DNA of 64,000 nucleotides from Emiliania huxleyi CCMP1516 (GCF_000372725.1 NW_005201192.1:682001-746000); one strand, 5' to 3'. Counted from the stretch's first letter, positions 1-11,908 are shown. Numbers and translations are program-made. Notes: generated by a model from the letters alone, not told the origin.

Positions 1-257
1 TCAACCCTCCCGTCCCACACACCTCTGCGCGTCTGCGGGGACCCCTCTCTAGCACCGGCGGCTGTGCTACTACAAATGAAGCTACCAGCTAGCCTTCTGG
101 GGCCCTACAGTCATATGCCTACGGCGTCTGGGTGGGGGTGGCCGCCGCCGTCTGTGCCGCCGCCGCCGCCTGCGCCTGCGCCGCCATATGCGCTCCCCAG
201 GGGCGGCCGCCACCGCCGGCGTCGCGGCGTGATCACGCCGTGTAGGAGGAGAGGCTG

Positions 258-475
258 AGAGTATGTGTAGTAGAGCCCTGCTGGTCTCCTCTTGATGGTG
301 TCATAAGTGTGGCTGGTGTGTGTCAGAGCCTGACAGCACCCCGACAGCACCACCTGACAGCACCTGACAGCAACAGCCCAACGTCTGACAGCAGCAGCAG
401 CCTGACAGCTCTGACAGCTCAGACAGCGTCTGACAGCAACACCCGACAGCTCCGACAGCACCCGACATACCCGCG
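258..475 (+). repeat. Dispersed repeat with (T/C)GACAGC(ACC) arrays, copy 1 (truncated)
   Basis: About 258-370 is near-identical to about 11533-11646 (GAGTATGTG..AGTAGAG.CCTGCTGGTCTCCTCTTGAT.GTGTCATAAGTGTGG...CAGAGCCTGACAGCACCCCGACAGC), followed by TGACAGC arrays. Confidence 0.85.
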
Positions 476-586
476 TACGATCAGCTCAAGCAGACACGCT
501 CCATCGATTGGATCCGGACAGCCATTCGGGGATAGACCTGGTCGCAGCCACGCGCTCTCGAGTCGGAGAGCTCGTCACGCCAAGTG

Positions 587-1633
587 TCACGCCCCCCCGC
601 GCGCCTGCCTTTGCGCCTCGCTCGCGCGGCGCAGCCGCTCGAGCGTCGCCACCTCGAGCGCCTCGTGGCTCAGCCGGTCCCCGCCGCCGCCGGCAGCCGG
701 CCGCTTCCACCGCGTCCTGCGGCTCGGCGCGTGGTAAAAGTACGGCCGCCCGTCCGGCGCGATCGCCGTGCGCCAACCCTCCGGCAGCTGGTCAGGCGGG
801 CCGCCGGAGGGCGCCGCGCCGTGCGCGGCCGCCTCTTTTGCGGCGGCGGCGGCCTCCGCGGCGCCTCCGGCGAAGCTCACCTGCAGGCCCCGGTCCACGA
901 GCGCGCGCGAGCTAACCAGCGCCTCCGCCACCGCAGCCGGCACCTGCAGCAGCGCCTTGCGCCCGGCCACCGCAAGCGCCGCCGCGCGAATGGAGGTGGC
1001 CGCCTCGGGAGCGGCGCTCCCCGCGGCCGCCAGCAGCAGCGGACGGAGGTCCTGCTCGGTGAAGGCGTCGGCGGCCTGCCAGCGCACCACCACTGAGTAC
1101 GACCCGCCCGCCGCCTGCGCCGCAGGCGCCGCCGCGGGCGCCGCCGCCGCCGCCGGGGCCGCTGCCGCGGGTCGGGTGGGGTCGAGGCGTCCCGTGCGAC
1201 GCAGCCGCTCGATCTCACGCTGCAGCTCGGCGCGCGCAGCCGCCTCGGCCGACTCGCGCTCCCGCTCCTCTTTCGCCGCTGCCGCCGCAGCGGAGGGCGC
1301 GAACTTTGCCGCCTTTGCCGCCGCCTCTCGCGCCTCGAGCTCCTCCCGCATCTTGCGCCGGCCGCCTTCCTGCGCTTCCTGGCGGGCGCGGTGTGCCGCC
1401 TTGGCGTCGACCACGGCGTCGAACGCCGCCCGCGCCTTGTCATCCTCGAGCACCTCCTTGGCCTGCGTCAGCTTGAGGAAGCGCGCGACGGCGCCGTCCG
1501 GGTCGGGGCCCTTGTACCGATCGGGGTGGACCTCGAGCGAAAGCTTGCGGTACGCGCGCGATACCTCCGCCTTGCTCGCGCCGCGCTGCAGCCCGAGGAC
1601 CTCGTAGTAATCCTCGAACGGGGCGGACGGCAT
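587..1633 (-). CDS. J-domain chaperone (DNAJC17/Cwc23-like) with C-terminal WW domain
   Basis: DYYEVLGL...AYRKLSLEVHPDR J domain, charged coiled coil, degenerate RRM-like segment (VVVRW...FTEQDLR), WW domain LPEGWRTAIAPDGRPYFYHAPSRRTRWKRP; ATG at 1633. Confidence 0.85.
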   Translation of the reverse strand: MPSAPFEDYYEVLGLQRGASKAEVSRAYRKLSLEVHPDRYKGPDPDGAVARFLKLTQAKEVLEDDKARAAFDAVVDAKAAHRARQEAQEGGRRKMREELEAREAAAKAAKFAPSAAAAAAKEERERESAEAAARAELQREIERLRRTGRLDPTRPAAAAPAAAAAPAAAPAAQAAGGSYSVVVRWQAADAFTEQDLRPLLLAAAGSAAPEAATSIRAAALAVAGRKALLQVPAAVAEALVSSRALVDRGLQVSFAGGAAEAAAAAKEAAAHGAAPSGGPPDQLPEGWRTAIAPDGRPYFYHAPSRRTRWKRPAAGGGGDRLSHEALEVATLERLRRASEAQRQARGGA

Positions 1634-1829
1634 TGGTGTGCCTTGGCCGTGCTTGCCCGGTGTGAGTGGGCACCAAAAGAGAGAATTTAAGTCCTCGCAC
1701 GACACTGGGCAGAGAAAGGAATACACACCGCACTCTGTCACAAGAAAGCGTGTGTGGTATATTGTTGGCACATGACAAGCGATCCCACGACAGCGATTGT
1801 GGGGACTACATGATCCGTACGTGAAGGGT

Positions 1830-3590
1830 GGAGGGGCCCGTCCGCGGAGCTAGGCGGCGTGGGCGCCCCCCACTGGGTGGGGCCGAGGCTAAGTCCTAAG
1901 AGGACGTCCGTCTGCCGCTTGCTTCGTCGTTGACCCATTTGGCACGCCCAGGGGATTTAACCCAGTCGGCACGCGCATTGCGCGCCTGCTTGTTGATGTT
2001 TCCGGCGTCGCCCGCCACCGCCGCCATGGAGATCTGCTGCGTGTGGTGGACGACGAAGGAGGAGGCGCTCGCCGACGCCGCCCCGTACACCGTCCGGTCC
2101 GTGTTGGTGCCCGCCGCTTCCTTGGCGAACACGTGGAGGAACTGCTTGGTGGGCGGCGCAATGCCACCCAAAGTTTCCACGAGCACCAGCCGCGTCATGG
2201 CTTTCTTGACCCACTTTGCGTCGTAGTACTGCGCCCCCGTCCACTTCCAGGAGCCTACATCCGTCTTGATCCATCCCTTTCCATACGCGTGGTCTTTGAC
2301 CCATCCCTTTCCAGTCGAGTGGTCGAGCGGTCCGTCCACCTGACGGCCACGCTCCTTGCACCCCACGACCGCCGGCAACGCCTTGTCCAGCGTGTTTCCA
2401 AACCCGTAGAGGTGGCCCACCGACGCCACATTGCCACCTTTGTCCCACGAGCCCCTCCCCGCCGTCGTCGACTTGATGAGCGAGTTTTAGCACTTGACCT
2501 CGTAATGCACGTCCCGCATCGTGGCGAAGTCACCGCCGAGCTCGCAGATGTCAGTCACGGACGTGTCGTTGAGCTTGAGGTGCCGCGTCACCTCGGGCTT
2601 TTCCTTTCCCCGAGGATGATGCTGCCAACCGAGCGCGCCCGGATGGCATTCTGGGCGGCCCTTAGCACCCCGTTGTGCTTGGAGGTGCGGTCGCCTTTGT
2701 TGGAGTTGGCGAGGGAGTCGCCCTTTTGTACTCTCCCACCGTGACGTGCACGCCCGCGGCGGCCTTCTCGACGAGAGTGGGCGCAATCACCGACAAGTAG
2801 AGCCTGTGCCTGCGCTGTATCGCCGTCAGGAACATCGCCGACACCATCTTCGTGTGGTGGAGTCCATCAGGGCGCATGTCGAGCCATCCAGCGGCGCCGA
2901 ACTGGGAGATCGAGATGTAGCGAGTCGCCTCCCTGGACTTAATCGCCTCCGACTGCGGCGTGTTTTTGTCCATCTCCTCGCACGCCGCCAGGCACGCGAT
3001 CCACGCTTCGTGGGCCCCGACAGCAGCGAGCGTGCCCTGTTTCGGGACTGGAGAGGTGCTCTGCTGCGTAGAGAGGTCGCCAATAGGCGGGATGCGCTGC
3101 GCCGACGGCAGCATGGACGGACGACAGAAGCGGCCAAGCTCGTACGTGTGGCAGAGGCCAAACTCCTTGTCTTGTGCACGCACCGCGTAGATGCGCGCGA
3201 CATCGCCACGCCGTTGGCTAATGTCATTGTAGTGCTGCGCAAAGTGCTGCAGCATCGGCACTGTCTCTTCCCCTGCCTGCCACCGGGGAGAAGGGGCATG
3301 CCCCGCAGTGCGACGGTGTCACGTAGTGACGGGTAGACCGAGAGGACAGCGGCCGCAAAGCTCGCATCCGCCGTTTGTGCGTGCCCGCCGAGGCCGCAGC
3401 CACCGAAGCGCCCGGCCGTCCTGCTGGGCCTCCGCCCAGGCCTGGTCGATCGATGAGCTCCTGCGGGCTGTGGCCCGCCTCAGCCAGCAGCACGAACGAC
3501 TTCTTGAGCGCCGGCTCCACCACTTCCTCGAGCACTGGCCGGACCACACACGGGTACATCGTGAACACAAGGCTTCGCCTTTTTTTCAAG
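1830..3590 (-). mobile_element. Degenerate 3' part of a non-LTR retrotransposon (CRE-like, restriction-like endonuclease)
   Basis: Frameshifted ORF pieces: AAGWLDMRP...FLTAIQRRHRL (post-RT motif), DICELGG...HYEVKC (PD-D/ExK-like) followed by a stop, then VLVETLGG...SFVVHHTQQISMAAV; no intact RT seen. Confidence 0.6.
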
Positions 3591-3704
3591 AAAAATCGTT
3601 CTCGAATTCGATTCCATGAATTCGTAGGCGCCAGAAAAGAATCTTACAACCAAACTCCCTCGCACAACACAGAAAAGAAACTCGCTGGGCTTCGTCGCGA
3701 CTGT

Positions 3705-4380
3705 ATGGCCTCACTGCTGGCCCGCTACCTGCGCGCGTCGCAGTCACGGCCCGTGGCAGTGCAGTTTGCCACCGGCGCTCTGGTCATGGCCGCCGGCGAC
3801 GCCACCACGCAAGCAGCCGTCGAGCGGCAAGCGCTGTTCGACCCTCAGCGCAATGCGACGGCGGCCGTCTTCAACGGCGGCGTCAGCCCGGCTCTGTATA
3901 AGTGGTACGGTCTCCTGGACCGAGTGTGGCCAGGCTCCGCGCTCCGCCAGCTCGCGCCGAAGCTCCTTCTGAACCAAGCCGTCTCGTCGTCCCTCATCAG
4001 CCCGAGCTTCCTCTGCTGGAGCTCGTGTGTCGAAGCGGCATTGGCCGGACGTCTGAGTGCCGCGTCGGGACGCGCAAAGGTGGCGTCCGATACCTATCAG
4101 CGGCTGCGTGCGGACGTGAGACGCATCGTCTGCACCTCCTTCATGCTGTGGCTGCCGGTGACGCCGTCGCACTGCCGCGCCGCCCTGTCGTGCAAATTCA
4201 CCGCTCGCCTGTGCCGCGTAGGCCAACGCGATCAACTTTGTTTTCGTGCCGCCGCATCTGCGCATCGCATTCATGTCCGTCGTGGCGTGCGGCTGGGGCG
4301 GATTCCTCTCGTACGTGGCTCATCGCGAGATGGAGCAGGACGAGCAAACGACCAGCAGTACTGTCTCCGGCCCAGCGTGA
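3705..4380 (+). CDS. Mpv17/PMP22 family membrane protein (intron 4158-4221)
   Basis: MAAGDATTQ...YKWYGLLDRVWP...KLLLNQ...LWLP|ANAINFVFVPPHLRIAFMSVVACGWGGFLS; a GT-AG intron restores the frame. Confidence 0.9.
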
Positions 4381-4845
4381 GAGAGAGGTTGTGTTGGCAT
4401 CATGTGTGGATCTTCTTACCTGTGTTATTAGCGCCAGAGCGCGCCCCCTCCGAAAGAAAGAAAGAAAACAGACAACCCAAGGGAGGGATGGGAGGACGGC
4501 ACGCCGCCACCACACAGGGATTTTAAGGAGAGGAGTGTGATGCGCTAGCCGTCGCCCACCCTAGGGAGTCTGCCTCTTCCTATCTCTTTTCGCAGTCTCT
4601 CGCCGATTCTCGCTGCAACCTTCATGCCACCTCGCGGCCGTCCCACTCTCGTCGTTCTCTCCCTTGTCACTCCCTTGTCGAGTGTCGGCCGTGAAAATTC
4701 TTTTTTCCAAAGAGAGGCGAACTAGCTGGGCGACCTGGTAGGGGGGGGTTGCGCTCGGTCTCCACTGCTCGCCTGCGCTTCGGCGAGTGCAAGCAGCCAT
4801 CACGTCCGCCCGACCCACCCCACAACTGTGCCGAACAAGGTGTGT

Positions 4846-7225
4846 ATGCTTGCCCCCGGCTCGGAAGCCCGCTTGACTGGATTGCAAACTGAGCACCTCA
4901 ACGGAGCAAAGGTTCGAATCGTCAAGTACCAAGCCCAGAAGCAGCGGTACGTTGTCGACTTTCCGTGCGGAGAGAGGTCGCGAGCCGCGTTCAAACAAGA
5001 AAACCTGGTCCCCGAGAGCGAACCCGAGAGCGTGCCAGCCTCCGGCGGTGGCGGTGGTGCATCGTCCTCTGCGCCTGGTGGCGTTACATCCCAAACCTTG
5101 CTGCCGGGGCTGCCGACACTTTCTGACCCCGTCCCACTGATGCGCGGGGCGATCAACCTCGGCATGAGACAGGGCCTGCTCACGCGAGAAGCGAGCACGC
5201 TCCAGTACTGGAAAGTGGTCGCCACATTCAACATCCGCGTGCAGTCGGGCGGCGGCGGCGGCGGCGGCGGCGGCCCTCCGCCGCACTTCACGGTCTGCTA
5301 CCTGCGGCCGGAAATCCTCGGGCACTACCCAGCGGAGACCTGCGCGCGCGGCCAGCCCGGCCTCGTCCCAGAGGCGCTGAAGCGGCGCCTGGAAGACCTG
5401 GTGGCGGCGGCGAAGCGCTCGCTTCCGTTCTCCGACCGCGTCGAGAGGGCGTGCCTGGCGGCAGCCGACGGCCCGATCCACTCGCTGCGCAAGGCCATGG
5501 ACGCGGCACTGCGCGCGCACGGCGGAGGCTTCCGCTGGGCCTCGACGCTCGACAGCGACAATCTGCGCGCCGTTCACTGCACGGCGGGCAACGAGTACGC
5601 GCGAGGGGTCGTGCACTTCTCTTCGATCGGCTTCTCTGCGTCGCTCGCCCCACTCCACGTAAACCTGCCTCTGCACTGGTACCTCTTCCGACGCGCGGAT
5701 CTGGGGCGGAAGGCCTACGCCCTCGCCAACATCGTCGCCGCCGCCGAGGTCCCCATCACGTCGGTCGAGCAGGCGCGCAACCTCCCTCGCGTGGGAGACG
5801 CCTCGGCGCGGGTCCTGCAGGAGGCGCTCGCTCAGCTGCGAGCGGCGGCGGCTCGCGCGCCGGCGCCGGCAGCAGAGGGAAAGGGGCATGCAGCACAGCC
5901 GCATGCAGCACAGCCGCAGCCCTTCAGCGGCGCAGGCCGTGTGCTGGGCGGCAGCGGTGGCGCTGCTCCCGGGGTGGCGTCGCCGTCGGCCCCTGCCCCT
6001 GGCTCGCCTGCCCCTGGCTCGCCTGCCCCTGGCTCGCCTGCCCCTGGCTCGCCTGCCGCTGGCTCGCCTGCCGCTGGCTCGCATGCCGCGGAGTCGCTCA
6101 AGCGGCGGCGGCAGCAAGCGCAGCTCGCGGCGCTCGAGCGGCGCGGGCTCGTTCCGTCGCCGCTCGTGTCGCCGGCCGAGGCGAGCGCGCCGTCCGCTCC
6201 GGCCGGCGGCACGGCGCTGGTGTGGCTGCACGGCGCCTTCGGGCCGAGCAAGGTGTGGAGCGGGGCGCAGGCGGCGTGGCGGCGCGGCCGGCTCTCGCAC
6301 GTCGACGGGTGGCAAGCGCCGATCGGGCCGGCGCTGCGGGCCGCGCAAGACCAGCCGCACTGGTTCGACGGGTCAGGCGACGCGCTCGAGGAGCACGCGG
6401 TGGCCGGCGCGCTGCGTGCGTGCGCTGCGGCCGGCGCGAGGCGCGTCGTGGTGGCGGGCGTGTCGCAGGGCGGCGCAAAGGCGCTTCAGGTGGCGCTGCA
6501 GTGGCACTCTCTCGGCTTGCCCGCCGGCCTGCGCCTCGCTGGCGTCGTCTCTGTGTCGGGGTGGCTTCCCGCCTCGGTGCGCGAGAGGGACATCGCACAC
6601 GGTGTCGCCCCCGCTCCCACCCCTGCCCACTGCCGGCTGGGCACGCCCAAGACACGCCCACGACACGCCCGCACGTCCCGCACAGGCGCACCCGTCCTGC
6701 TCGTCCACGCGGCCGCCGACGAGGTGGTGGCGGTGCAGCGGATGCGGCGCGCGCGGGACGAGCTGCAGGCACGGGCTAGACACTTCCTAGACACTTCCTA
6801 GAGGCGCTTCCTAGAGGCGGGACGAGCTGCAGGCACGGGCTAGACACTTCCTAGACACTTCCTAGAGGCGCTTCCTAGAGGGCGGGACGAGCTGCAGGCA
6901 CGGGCTAGACACTTCCGAGACACTTCCTAGAGGCGCTTCCTAGAGGGCGGGACGAGCTGCAGGCACGGGCTAGACACTTCCGAGACACTTCCTAGAGGCG
7001 CTTCCTAGAGGGCGGGACGAGCTGCAGGCACGGGCGTTCGAGTTCGACGGCGTGGCGCCCAAGTTCGGAGGGGTGCACAGCGGCGTCGGCTTTGACGCTC
7101 GCGTTCGAGGCTGCATTGAGGCTTGGGTCGCGGAGCGGCTGCCGCCCGCAGCGCCGCTGCAAGGTCCTCGGAAGCGCAGCAGAGGCGGCGACGATGAGGG
7201 CGGCGGAGGCGTTGGCGCAGGCGGA

Positions 7226-7260
<35 letters not shown>

Positions 7261-7420
7261 AGGAGGAGGAGGAGGAGGCGGTGGCGGTAGATTTGCCGAG
7301 GTTGTCGACTTGACGAGCGACGAGGCGCCTCCTCTCGCAGCAGCAGCAGCAGCAGCAGCAGCAAGTCCAGCAGCAGCACGAGCAGCAGCACCCACCGCTG
7401 CCCGCGTCGGCCGAGACTGA
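4846..7420 (+). CDS. Multidomain protein: SH3-like N-domain, PolX-type HhH (8 kDa-like) domain, alpha/beta-hydrolase (phospholipase/carboxylesterase) and C-terminal SIM; introns 6602-6685 and 6769-7027
   Basis: GLQTEHLNG...RYVV...KQENL; KAYALANIVAAAEVPITSVEQARNLPRVGD; WLHG, GVSQGG, SGWLP, LVHAAADEVV and GGVH after splicing; EVVDLTSDE. Confidence 0.75.
5991..6085 (+). repeat. Coding 15-bp tandem repeat encoding (A[PA]GSP)n
   Basis: GCCCCTGGCTCGCCT repeated about 6 times. Confidence 0.9.
6753..7035 (+). repeat. Tandem repeat of about 65 bp (4 units plus partial) that forms an intron
   Basis: Unit GCGGGACGAGCTGCAGGCACGGGCTAGACACTTCCTAGACACTTCCTAGAGGCGCTTCCTAGAG. Confidence 0.95.
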
Positions 7421-7796
7421 AGAGGCGAGTTACGCGCGCTCCTGACAACAGTAAAATCATTCCAAATACACGTAATATTTCTTTTCTCTGTTTTCATTTG
7501 AAATCAAAGAAAGAAAGAAAATTTACTTTCTTTTCCTGCCAGGCAGGGTTCCGGCTCCTAGCCGGATAGGGGGTCTGTGCCCACTGTGCACTGACTCGCG
7601 CCAAAACGCCCTACCTACCTACCTATCCCCAGGCCGCAAAGGATGAAAATAGGGGGTACCTACCTATTGCAGGGCCCTTTTGGGCGAAACAAGACCAACC
7701 TACCTACCTATCTGGGAGGGGCCAGCCAGTGCACACAGAGCCCCTATCCGGGAGGAGCCGGAACCCCAGGGTGTCCCTCGCGGCTTGACATCTTCG

Positions 7797-9847
7797 ATGT
7801 CGGAGTACAGCACTGTCAGGCTCAAGGCGACGCTACCGCGGCGGTCGCACCTCTGGGACGTTGGCCGCTTCTGGCCCGAGTACGAAGACAAGGGCGATAA
7901 GACCATCCGGCAGAAAGGCCAGCCGCGGAAGGGGAAGCAGGAGATGTTCCGGGCGATTGCAGACGGCCGCTCGGCGTCGCTCCAAATCTCGCCGGTCGAC
8001 CTGCTCGCCGAGTACGTGCTGCACATGACCAAGGAGATGGAGCACAAGGTCGACGACGGCTTTCGCCGCCTGACGCACGGCCTGGTCCACAAGGAGGACG
8101 ACAAGGGCGCGCTGCTGCGGCGCACCTTTGTCCGCTCGGTGGCGGCGCCACACACCGACCCGTTCTGCCTGGTCTCGCGCTTCGTGGTGGCCGAGCCCGG
8201 GCCCGCCGCGATGCGGCGCGCCGCAGAGGTCGGCGCCTTCGCCTCGCTCGGCGGCGCCGGCGGCAGCGGCTCGGATGGCTCGCTGGGCGAGGGCGCGCTT
8301 GCGATTGCGGTGCAGTACGAGCCGCACGAGCAGAGGTACGTGGTCTGGTTCCCTCCAAGGCCGACTTACCGCGAGCTCAAGCTAGAGGAGTGGCAGGCCG
8401 CGCCCTCGCCGCTGCCTCCGGCCAGCTGCGCCACCGGCTGGCTCGAGTCGGTGCCTGCCCTCTCCGTGCGCGCCCACTCGGTGCCCGCCAAGACGGTTGT
8501 GCTTCCCTACAGGGACGTTCCCTAGACCTGTCCGGGGCCCTTCCCGCAGGTGCCCGCCAACAACGCGCGAGTCTACTTCCCGGGCCAGCCGGTGCTGGCG
8601 AGGCGCGGGCTGGGCGAGGAGCTCGCCGAGGAGGGAGGAGGCAGCAAGCTGAGCGAGCGGCTCGCGCGGCGGCAGTGGAGCGCCACATGGCACGCCGCCG
8701 AGTTTGTCGGCTTCGACGAGAAGGACTGGATGGTGCTCAAGGTCAAGTACGCCGACGGCGGCGGCGGCGGCGAGGTTGCGGTTCCAAAGGCGGCGGTGAC
8801 TCTGAGTCCGGCGTACGGGGAGCCGAGCAAGCAGGAGATCAAGGAGTGGAGGAAGGCGCACAAGAAGGGCGTGGCCTACACGCCCAAGCCGCGCCCCCTC
8901 CCCCCCCCGCCGCCTCGGCCGAGCGTCCAGCCCCCGACCGCCGCGGCGCTCGCCAAGCTCAACGACGAGCACCGCGAGAGGGTGACGGCCGAGCGGCTGG
9001 CGGCGCAGGAGCGAGCCCGAGCGAGGGAGGCGGCGGAGGCGGCGGAGGCGGAGGCGGCGGCGGAGGCGGAGGCGATCGGNNNNNNNNNNNNNNNNNNNNN
9101 NNNNNNNNNNNNNNNNNNNNNNNNNNNNNNNNNNNNNNNNNNNNNNNNNNNNNNNNNNNNNNNNNNNNNNNNNNNNNNNCAGGTGCGGCGGCGGCGGCAG
9201 GTGCGGCGAGGGCCAAGCCAGCGGACGTGGCGGCAGCGCAGCCCACCGGCGCAGGCGGCGAACCAGAGACGGCAGGCAGCGCGCCGGACGGCCAGGCTCC
9301 GGCAGGCCAGGCGGATGCGGCGGCGTGCGGCGCGGCGGCGTGCAGTGAGGGGGCGGCGGGGGCGGATGGCGCGCACGCACAGCCCTCTCCGGCGAGGGCG
9401 CCTGCCCTTCGCAGCGTCGCGAGCGCAGAGGAGGCGGAGCTCAAGGAGTGGCTCGAGGAGAGGGCGGCAGCAGAGGCGCCGGCGGCGGCGGAGGCAGCGG
9501 AGGCGCCGGCGAGTGGGGTGGCGGAGGAGGTGGAGGAGGCGGAGCCGCCGCCGGTGGAGCCGCCGCCGTCGCCATCGCCCGAGGAGCGGGCCGACGAGAT
9601 CCGGCGTTGGAGGCTCGCGATCGGGCTGCCTGCACTGCCGGAGCCGGTACGGCCCGCGGCCGCGCGAGAGCCTGAGGAGGCAGCCGGCCCGCTCCTGCTG
9701 GCGCTGGCGGGGGGAGGAGGCGGGAAGGAGGCGGCAGCGCTGAAGCGCGCGCCAGGAGCTATCGTGCAGTTCCAGCTGAAGCGGCGGAAGGTCTGTGCTC
9801 GTGTGGACGCGATGGAGGTGGATGCTGCCGGGGCAACAGGGGACTAG
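7797..9847 (+). CDS. Hypothetical protein with Agenet/Tudor-like domain; short intron ending at 8549; spans gap 9080-9179
   Basis: Long ORFs joined at CCGCAG|GTG; YFPGQPVLAR...WHAAEFVGFD...KVKYADG; Ala/Glu-rich tail with LKRRK. Confidence 0.6.
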
Positions 9848-9961
9848 CGGTTGGCCAGTTGCCCGCACCGCCGCGGTGCTTTCCCCCCCTTGTTATTCCG
9901 TACCACGGACCTCGGCGACTGTATTGCGTTGCCCGCTGATGGCCGTAAAGGCACTTGGCAC

Positions 9962-10030
9962 TTGCACTTGGAGCACTTGGAGTGCAGTCAGCAACCGCAC
10001 ACCCAGGGCCGGGGAGGTAAGAAGCGCAGA
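9962..10030 (-). repeat. SINE-like dispersed repeat A, copy 1
   Basis: CTTGGAGCACTTGGAGTGCAGTC...CCAGGGCCGGGGAG.TAAGAAGCGCA, shared with four other loci. Confidence 0.8.
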
Positions 10031-11149
10031 CGTATGAATTTTCTTTTTTCGCGCGCGGAGCACTTCATCTTGGAGCACTTTTGCCGCTGGGTGAAATTCT
10101 CAAAAAGGTGCAGCACTTCTAGCCGACATCGACAAAAGTCCCTCTCTAGCCCCGCGGCGAGCGGCCCCGCCGGAGGCGAAGAAAATTTCGCCATCTAGCG
10201 CTCGCAACACATAGATTTGTGCATAAATCAACACCTCCAATCTTCGGGGGAGTGACGGATAAAGGCGTGCGAAAGAGCTAATGAATCCGAAAGCAGCGAA
10301 TCCAAGTGATGGCCCGCCGCAGGCGAAGAAAATTTAGGGTTGGGGTTCCCCTATGCCAAAGAACTCTTATTAGAGGATTTCGGCGGCCGGCGCGCCGAGG
10401 CACAGCGGTTCGCGCTGCCTGCTCGCGCTGGTTACACCGTTGCTGTGGCCGTCTTCGTCCGTATTGTACACCGAGCTGGCGCCACAGCAGAGTACAACAA
10501 CGGCTCGGACTAGCTGCTCCACGGTACTACATCATCAGAGGGCCCGGCAAGGTCCACGGCGGAGCTGGCGGTGGTGGGAGTGGTGGTAGGAACGAAGGCG
10601 CACCTGTCGGCGATTCACCGCCGTTCGTTCCCGTCTCTCAAAGCTGGTTACACCGTCGATGCGCACATCGAGGCGCTCGTGGACGAGAGAGACGTCGCCT
10701 CCTCTTTCGTCCCGGGGCACTGTTCACGCCGGAAGGCCCCGTACACTGCCAAGTACATTAGCCTTCATCTCTCCTACCGCCGGCCGGGAGTGCAGCCGCC
10801 ACCAGTGAGATTGTCCTCGACGTTGGCACCTGCGAAGTAATGAACAACAGGCAGTGCGTCATATGGCGCTATGATAGCCCTGCGGTGGACGTCCTCGACG
10901 CAGACGAGGCGGAGCTCATCTGCGCGGCGCAGATCGCCGACTGTCTCTCCCTCCCTGCGCGAGTGGTTGCACCACCCTGGATGAGGCATCTGGGCTGGGG
11001 CAGGGCCGTTAGTAGAGGAGGGCGACTGAGGGCGCGAGGCCGCCAATCGTCAAAGTCTGCTGCGACTGACTGTCGGTCACTGACTGAGCAATGAGCAATC
11101 GCATCGGCGGTTTCACTCACGCTCACAATCGGGTTACATCCAGGTCTCT

Positions 11150-11908
11150 GTGCGGGATGTGCTGGGGGGCTGCCCCCCAGTCGATTGCCGCATAGTTCGT
11201 CGATGTAACCCTACCAGAAAGCTGTATTCACACCTACCCTTCCAAAAAAAGAAATGTCCCTGCTTTTGTCGAAGATCCGGCGGGTTTATCGGAGCATCAC
11301 CCCGCTACCAGAACAGAGCGTGCAAGTACTACAAGCTGACGAGCGACACAACGATGGGGAGGGGCCTTCCGCTGGACCAGCAACTACCAGATCATCAGCC
11401 GAAGGTGTACCTGAAGAAGCCTTCCATCCTGCCTCTCTGCTACTTCTATTCTCTCAGTGCGGCAGACAAGAAGATATGGTGACGTCCACCATGAAGAAGA
11501 TGGTGGGACCGGAGGCAGAGTACATAGAGACAGAGTATGTGCAGTAGAGTCCTGCTGGTCTCCTCTTGATAGTGTCATAAGTGTGGCAGGTGTGTGTCAG
11601 AGCCTGACAGCACCCCGACAGCACCACCTGACAGCACCTGACAGCACCGGCCCTACGTCTGACACTGATCTGACAGCAGCAGCAGCCTGACAGCTCTGAC
11701 AGCTCCGACAGCGTCTGACAGCAACACCCGACAGCTCCGACAGCACCCGACAGCTACAGATCACCTCTGATGTCAGACAAGCACCCGACAGCACCCGACA
11801 GCACTGAGACAGCACCTGACAGCTGGTCTGACAGAGGCACCTGTGACAGTGCCCGACAGCCCGACAGATCACCTGACAGCACCTGACAGCCTGACAGCCA
11901 GGGCTCAG
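11150..11908 (+). mobile_element. TGACAGC-array repeat, copy 2, preceded by a frameshifted coding remnant
   Basis: ORF pieces GASPRYQNRACKYYKLTSDTTMGRG...PLCYFYSLSAADKK / MVTSTMKKMVGPEAEYIETEYVQ*, then the segment shared with 258-475 and about 300 bp of TGACAG arrays. Confidence 0.65.

Noticed and set aside
4561..6360. 599-aa antisense ORF and many other long overlapping ORFs
   Set aside because: Shadow frames produced by high GC; Arg/Pro/Ala-rich with no motifs
6753..7035. CRISPR-like regular repeat
   Set aside because: Units are near-identical with no unique spacers; eukaryotic intron context and no cas genes
10165..11100. Twin CGCCG[GC]AGGCGAAGAAAATTT motifs and short ORFs
   Set aside because: Suggestive of a decayed element, but no paired termini or protein family identified
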